Shown here: positions 36,765 through 41,119 of the stretch, piece by piece
Layout of the letters: each line of letters opens with the position of its first letter
Numbering within the stretch: the first letter of the stretch is position 1
Source: a virus
Length of the DNA: 41,119 nucleotides
Reading direction: 5' to 3' (one strand)
IMG/VR virus record: IMGVR_UViG_3300035670_000511
The notes under the pieces: generated by a model
What the model was told of the DNA's origin: nothing
Databases searched by the model: none
Seen by the model: only the letters and a program-made list of their open reading frames with translations
Translations under genes and position numbers: made by a program

Positions 36765-38636
36765 CTACGCCGCCTCAAGGGCTGCAACTTTGGCCTCAAG
36801 GGTTTCGATCTTGTCCTTAGCCTCCTGCAAAGCGGCAATCAGCAGTGGAGCAAGCAAATCGTATGAAACCCCAAGGTATTCAGTTTGGTCATCCGATCCG
36901 TATCTTTGCGTTTTACTGACAATTTCAGGCAGCACTGCTTCAACATCTTGAGCAATAACGCCAACATTTGTCGTCTGATTTGGATCGTCTTTCCAAGAGA
37001 ATTTGACGGCTCTTATGCTTGCAACTTTTTCCAAACCATTGGAAAGAGGTTCAATAATGTCCTTAAGGCGCTCATCGGAACTTGAGGTCCATGATGTGCC
37101 GCCCGCCGAAACATACGGTCCTCCCGTAAATGTGATTGTGTTTCCACCTGTATTTGTGCCGCTAGTCGACACAATTTGGGTTGTTCCCGCGTTGGTAGGG
37201 TTAAATACAATTCCCTGCGAATAGCCAGTTGCTATGGCTTTATCAGCGCCGTCATAGTAAAAATTATTTGAAAAAATGGTAGAACCACCATTTGATACGG
37301 CTGTATCGCAGGCCGCCGCGCCGCGACCCATTTGAATTACCTGCCTGCTGGAAACCCATGCAGCCGGTCCCGAACTGCCAATTCCAACGGTTCCACCATT
37401 TGTAATCCTCATCCGCTCCGTCGGGCTGCTCGCTCCATCAGCGGTAGTGGAGAACACTAGGCGAGACGGCATGTCATCAGCGCCAGGTGTTCCGTCTACG
37501 GCTGCTGTTATGCTCGCGCCCGAAACAAATTCACTACCATCGCCGCCACTAAAAAACAAACCGCCAAGCTCGTCGTTATTGCTTACGAGACCAGCATCTG
37601 TTCTGCCGTGCGCCAAGAATAATTTAGGTCCGCCAGAATCGTTGTTGTCTCTCAGGATTGATAATGATGCTCCATTCAGGGATGTTGACTCAATTTGAAA
37701 CTGAGGTGTTGTTGAGGAGTTTTCAAAATTGGTCTTGGCACTAGACGTGCCAACTAACAGGCGTCCCGAGCTGTCGATGCGGACACGCTCTGATGCACCT
37801 GATTTAAAAGTAAAAGCGCCTGCGGTTACGTCACCTGCTGTAAAACGATATTCACCATCACCAAGACTGCCACCGCCAGCTAGCTTGGATATGCCGTAGA
37901 AATTAGCAGCATTGCCGTTAAATTGTATTTTTAAAGCATTAACGTCAGCAAAAGATAATGGCGCTCCGGGACTCGTAGTGCCAATCCCTACACGGCCTGA
38001 GGAGTCAATCACCGCACGCTCGGAGCCATTGACGCTGAATTGCATCTTGTCCGTTGAGTGGTCATAACGAATCTGACCAATAGCGTTGTTATCTGTATCG
38101 CCAAATAGCAAGCCTGGAGAGCCAGTGTTGCTGCTTTCAATCGAGATAAACGGGTTGCTTGCCGTGTTGTAGACGGTCAAATTTCGACTAGGCGTAGAAG
38201 TCCCCAGACCTACCCTGTTATTGGCGGCATCAACGTAGAGCGTGTTGCTGTCAATATCGACGTTGCCGTTGGAGTCGATGGTCAGGCGAGCCGTGCCGCC
38301 CGTTGAAATTCCGACCTGATTGGCACCAGGAGAGTAGAAGCCGGTATCGGTGCCGCTGTCCTTGAAGTAGATCGACGGAGCGCCAGCCGTGCCGTTTTCC
38401 AGTGCAATCGTGGACCATTCGCCGTCCAACTGAAATAGTGTGATCCAGCCCGAGTTCGCAGCGTTGCGAAGCTTGAGGAGGTTCGTGGTTGTGTCTGCCC
38501 ACCATTGGTAGGCGTACATGGTTGCCGGTTCGGTGGCGCCACTGTTTTGGCTGACGATTGCAGCCAGCGCATTGTTGAGATCGGAACGGACGGCAGCGCC
38601 GGTGCCGTTAGCAATCACATAATCGTGTTGAGCCAT
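36765..38636 (-). CDS. Tail fibre with a C-terminal S74-type intramolecular chaperone (self-cleaving) domain
   Basis: 623 aa. A conserved fibre N-terminus (MAQHDYVIANGTGAAVRSDLNNALAAI..) is followed by repeats of the R..IDS.GRVGIGT..P type. The C-terminus reads ..SSSDERLKDIIEPL..L..IRAVKFSWK....NVGVIAQDVEAVLPEIV.. plus a terminal coiled coil. Confidence 0.8.
   Translation of the reverse strand: MAQHDYVIANGTGAAVRSDLNNALAAIVSQNSGATEPATMYAYQWWADTTTNLLKLRNAANSGWITLFQLDGEWSTIALENGTAGAPSIYFKDSGTDTGFYSPGANQVGISTGGTARLTIDSNGNVDIDSNTLYVDAANNRVGLGTSTPSRNLTVYNTASNPFISIESSNTGSPGLLFGDTDNNAIGQIRYDHSTDKMQFSVNGSERAVIDSSGRVGIGTTSPGAPLSFADVNALKIQFNGNAANFYGISKLAGGGSLGDGEYRFTAGDVTAGAFTFKSGASERVRIDSSGRLLVGTSSAKTNFENSSTTPQFQIESTSLNGASLSILRDNNDSGGPKLFLAHGRTDAGLVSNNDELGGLFFSGGDGSEFVSGASITAAVDGTPGADDMPSRLVFSTTADGASSPTERMRITNGGTVGIGSSGPAAWVSSRQVIQMGRGAAACDTAVSNGGSTIFSNNFYYDGADKAIATGYSQGIVFNPTNAGTTQIVSTSGTNTGGNTITFTGGPYVSAGGTSWTSSSDERLKDIIEPLSNGLEKVASIRAVKFSWKDDPNQTTNVGVIAQDVEAVLPEIVSKTQRYGSDDQTEYLGVSYDLLAPLLIAALQEAKDKIETLEAKVAALEAA
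36768..37085 (-). other. Peptidase S74 / intramolecular chaperone auto-processing domain of the tail fibre (aa ~518-623)
   Basis: It has the SDERLK motif, GVIAQDV..V.PE.V, and a terminal heptad helix (..LQEAKDKIETLEAKVAALEAA). Confidence 0.7.
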
Positions 38637-38670
38637 GCCGAGTCCTTACAAGGACAGTATTTGTCCAACT

Positions 38671-41119
38671 TTAGCCGCCTCGGCCATAGCCAACCGCACT
38701 CCAGTTGAAGTTACGGCTAACGGCAGTTCCAGCCGAGTTTTTGAAGGTGACGGTGAAGCCGGTGCCGCTGATGCTGGTGACCTCAAAGAAATCGCCGGTT
38801 GCCATGTTTTGGGCGGTGATGCCGATGCTGGGGAGGTAGGCGTTGACCCCGCCGAGGCTTGCTGTTCCAGTCCAGAAGGCGTTGGTGAAGGTGATTGCCT
38901 TGGCGCCGGCACCGCTGCTGACTGCTCCATCGCTGTTTTCCGTGCGGCGTTGGAAGGTGGCGTCGTAGCCCAGTTCATCCACCAAGATGTTTTGATCGAT
39001 GGCACTGCTGCTGAGATCGGCGCGGAATTGAAAGCCGCGACCACGGAAGGCGCCGTTGACGAATTCTTGCCATGCGCCCCAAGTCGGGGTGCCGCTGGGG
39101 TTGTCGTTGGTGGAGCGCAGCATCAGCTTGGCGTTCACCTTGTCCGTAACGTCGCCGTCCCAGTCGGACCAGTCATCCACGGTGTTGGCTCGGGAGTCGA
39201 TCAGGTCGGATGGGTAATAGCCACGAGTGACGAAATAGCGCCGGAGATCGACAGAGAAGGTGTTGCCAAGGTCCAGTGTGCTGGCGAATGTGTAAGTGCC
39301 AGAGCTAGCCACCGGTCCAAGTACATCGAGCGTTGGGATCAGGTCAAAATCAACAATCGAATCAATTAAGGTCGTGCCATCCAGCGTGAGCGCGTCAAAC
39401 TCTTCGCTGTAGAAGGTGTCCGACTTGGTGCCTTGGAAGGATGGAACGTCTTGATCTTCGCGGCGGGTTTGGATTGTTAGCGGCGCGATGGTGTCGGGCA
39501 GGTCGATGATTACGCTGGCTTCGCTGGCTGATTGCCGCCCACCGTCATCTTCAAATTTCGCCAGCACCTCGCCTTCCACCAGCGGAATAATGGCCTCTGT
39601 TGAACTGCCGGATTTGGCGGGAATTAGGTCAACGCTGTTGCTCCATGTAGCCGTGCCATCGGTCAGGCTGCTGTGGCGGATGTGAATTTTGCCGCCAACT
39701 TTTACGTCAAGGTCAAGCGTTTCGGTCCAGCGAAGACGACCGGAGTTGTTATTGATTGCCTCAAAGGTCAGGTTTTGGACGTTGCCCGGCACTGCGGTTT
39801 TGCCGATCAGCGCGAACTGGGCGACGGCAATTTCACTGCCTTTGCTGAGATAGTTGAACGCCTGAACTTGAACGTAAAGCGTTCCGGAGCGTGTGTTTTT
39901 AATTTGCAGTGACGGTGAGGTTGTGTTGGCCTGCGTCCAGTTGTCGTTGTCGATTCTGTATTTGACGCGGAACTCGGTTACAAGTTGTTTGGGGCTGATC
40001 CAGCTCAGATCAAAGGCTGAAAATACGCTTTGGCCGTCTTGGTAAAGGTATTCCGTGCCAGTGATATTTCCCGGAGCGTTGGGTGCTGCCGAAAGATTAC
40101 TGATGTCGCGGGTGGTTAGTTTGTTATCGCTTTCAATCGCGTCGTAAATCGTGCTGTTGTACTGCAGCGCAGTTACGCCGTAAATGCCATCTTCGCCTTC
40201 GGCAACATTCAGCACGCGATATTGCTGAGCTTCGATGTCGCTGGTTTGGATCAGCCAGATGGCGTTGGCGTTGGGTGCTTCGCTAAATGCGCTGCTGACG
40301 TTGATGGTGGTGCCAGAGATGCTGCTAATGGTTTTGGTTTCCACTAAGCCGGTTGGCATCAGAACCGAAATTGTTGGACTGTTTGACAGATTGACGGTGA
40401 GGTTGGTGCTGCTGTCAACAGTGATGGCGGTTGTGGTGGCAGAACTGACGCGACCGCTGCGGCGTGATCCGGCTTTAAGCGGATCGGCAATGTCGATCAC
40501 CATGCCGGGGCGCAAGATGATGCCGCTGTCAATAGAGACCGAGAAGGTGACGGTTTCGGTCAGGTTTTGTTCGCTCAGTAGCGCCCATTTACCAGCCCGA
40601 TGCGCTTGACCTTGGCTGTAACAACCCAGCGCCTTTATATCCTTGTTAATGATGCCGTATTTGGCTACAGCTTCCGCATCTTCAACATATTCGTATTCAA
40701 CTTCGCCCAAGGTGTCGTAGGACTGCCAAGCAACAGTGGCGACCGTGTGACGTGCCTTTTGTGATGATCCGCTATACGCAAAAATGCCATCAACAACGTT
40801 GCTTGGTCCAAGTAAGTATTGGGAATCGGTTGGTTTGTCCTGCTGCAGTACCAGTGAGCCGGCACCGTAATACGCGATGCCACGGAACAGGCTGGTCATC
40901 TCTTGGATGACGTTGTAAACCTCGTCGCGGCTGTTAATCAATAAGTTGCAAGCGAAACGAGGCTCCAGTCCGCCTTTGCCGTTATCAACTAACTCGTTGC
41001 AGTATTGACTAATCGAATAAAAGTCATAGCGGTCAAGGCTGCTGGCTGGAACGCTGGCGCCGTAACGGGTGTTGGTGAGCAAATCCCACAGACACCAAGC
41101 TGGGTCGTTGCACCAAGTC
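38671..41119 (-). CDS. J: Tail-tip / host-specificity protein J-like, 3' portion (continuation of 1..1446 across the circular junction)
   Basis: The frame stays open above the track start (41082) to the window end. The overlap region encodes ..NDPAWCLWDLLTNTRYGASVPASSLDRYDFYSISQYCNELVDNGKGGLEPRFACNLLI.., which, as I recall it, is colinear with lambda gpJ (..WDMLTHPRYG...QYCDQSVPDGFGGTEPRITCNAYL..). Downstream motifs ..GCYSQGQAHRAGKW.. match lambda GCTSRGQAHRAGLW. Confidence 0.9.
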   Translation of the reverse strand, partial: TWCNDPAWCLWDLLTNTRYGASVPASSLDRYDFYSISQYCNELVDNGKGGLEPRFACNLLINSRDEVYNVIQEMTSLFRGIAYYGAGSLVLQQDKPTDSQYLLGPSNVVDGIFAYSGSSQKARHTVATVAWQSYDTLGEVEYEYVEDAEAVAKYGIINKDIKALGCYSQGQAHRAGKWALLSEQNLTETVTFSVSIDSGIILRPGMVIDIADPLKAGSRRSGRVSSATTTAITVDSSTNLTVNLSNSPTISVLMPTGLVETKTISSISGTTINVSSAFSEAPNANAIWLIQTSDIEAQQYRVLNVAEGEDGIYGVTALQYNSTIYDAIESDNKLTTRDISNLSAAPNAPGNITGTEYLYQDGQSVFSAFDLSWISPKQLVTEFRVKYRIDNDNWTQANTTSPSLQIKNTRSGTLYVQVQAFNYLSKGSEIAVAQFALIGKTAVPGNVQNLTFEAINNNSGRLRWTETLDLDVKVGGKIHIRHSSLTDGTATWSNSVDLIPAKSGSSTEAIIPLVEGEVLAKFEDDGGRQSASEASVIIDLPDTIAPLTIQTRREDQDVPSFQGTKSDTFYSEEFDALTLDGTTLIDSIVDFDLIPTLDVLGPVASSGTYTFASTLDLGNTFSVDLRRYFVTRGYYPSDLIDSRANTVDDWSDWDGDVTDKVNAKLMLRSTNDNPSGTPTWGAWQEFVNGAFRGRGFQFRADLSSSAIDQNILVDELGYDATFQRRTENSDGAVSSGAGAKAITFTNAFWTGTASLGGVNAYLPSIGITAQNMATGDFFEVTSISGTGFTVTFKNSAGTAVSRNFNWSAVGYGRGG
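40993..41119. repeat. Right copy of the 127-bp terminal direct repeat
   Basis: It is identical to 1-127. Confidence 0.95.

Noticed and set aside
38635-39369. 244-aa plus-strand ORF at the 3' end of the J gene
   Set aside because: It is antisense to the J-like ORF, whose lambda gpJ similarity is clear. Its composition is Gly/Ala/Val-rich.

Overview
The window is a complete tailed-phage genome, a siphovirus with a lambda-type tail tip. The first 127 nt are identical to the last 127 nt (1-127 = 40993-41119). The unique circular or circularly permuted sequence is therefore 40,992 bp, and the J-like tail-tip gene is split by the arbitrary linearisation point. There are four transcription blocks. 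(1) A long minus-strand late block runs from about 19288 down to 1 and re-enters at 41119 down to 33521. In order it encodes a TerS-like protein, small genes, TerL, about 9 small genes including two tail-tube-like paralogs, portal, a collagen-like fibre protein, scaffold, major capsid, connectors, G/T chaperone, tape measure, M, L, K, I, J, a tail fibre with an S74 chaperone domain, and a lysis cassette. (2) A plus-strand replication and nucleotide block (23364-33541) encodes a prim-pol/helicase, many small genes, dCTP deaminase, a family A DNA polymerase, and RHH/HTH/Zn-ribbon proteins. (3) A minus-strand early block (23217-19405) encodes an SSB-like protein, a PD-(D/E)XK exonuclease and small genes. 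(4) An inverted plus-strand two-gene cassette lies at 20628-21262. I saw no integrase, tRNA, rRNA or CRISPR. The most unusual item is a 130-aa mini-intein-like Hint/BIL domain, flanked by poly-Gly tracts and with Ala at +1, fused to the N-terminus of the J-type tail-tip protein. The ORF track misses it because that ORF runs off the window edge. Other notable items: two dense repeat loci sharing the 9-mer ATGAATGGC (one also has a phased 16-bp TAGTACA array); CCGGACAA iterons inside the 3' end of the primase-helicase gene (candidate origin); duplicated tail-tube genes displaced from the tail module; a probable +1 rather than -1 G/T chaperone frameshift; a strand-biased over-represented 7-mer GCTCCAG; and low-GC mosaic segments in the tape measure and host-recognition genes. 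All functional calls rest on motifs I recognise by eye and on gene order. No database search was run.
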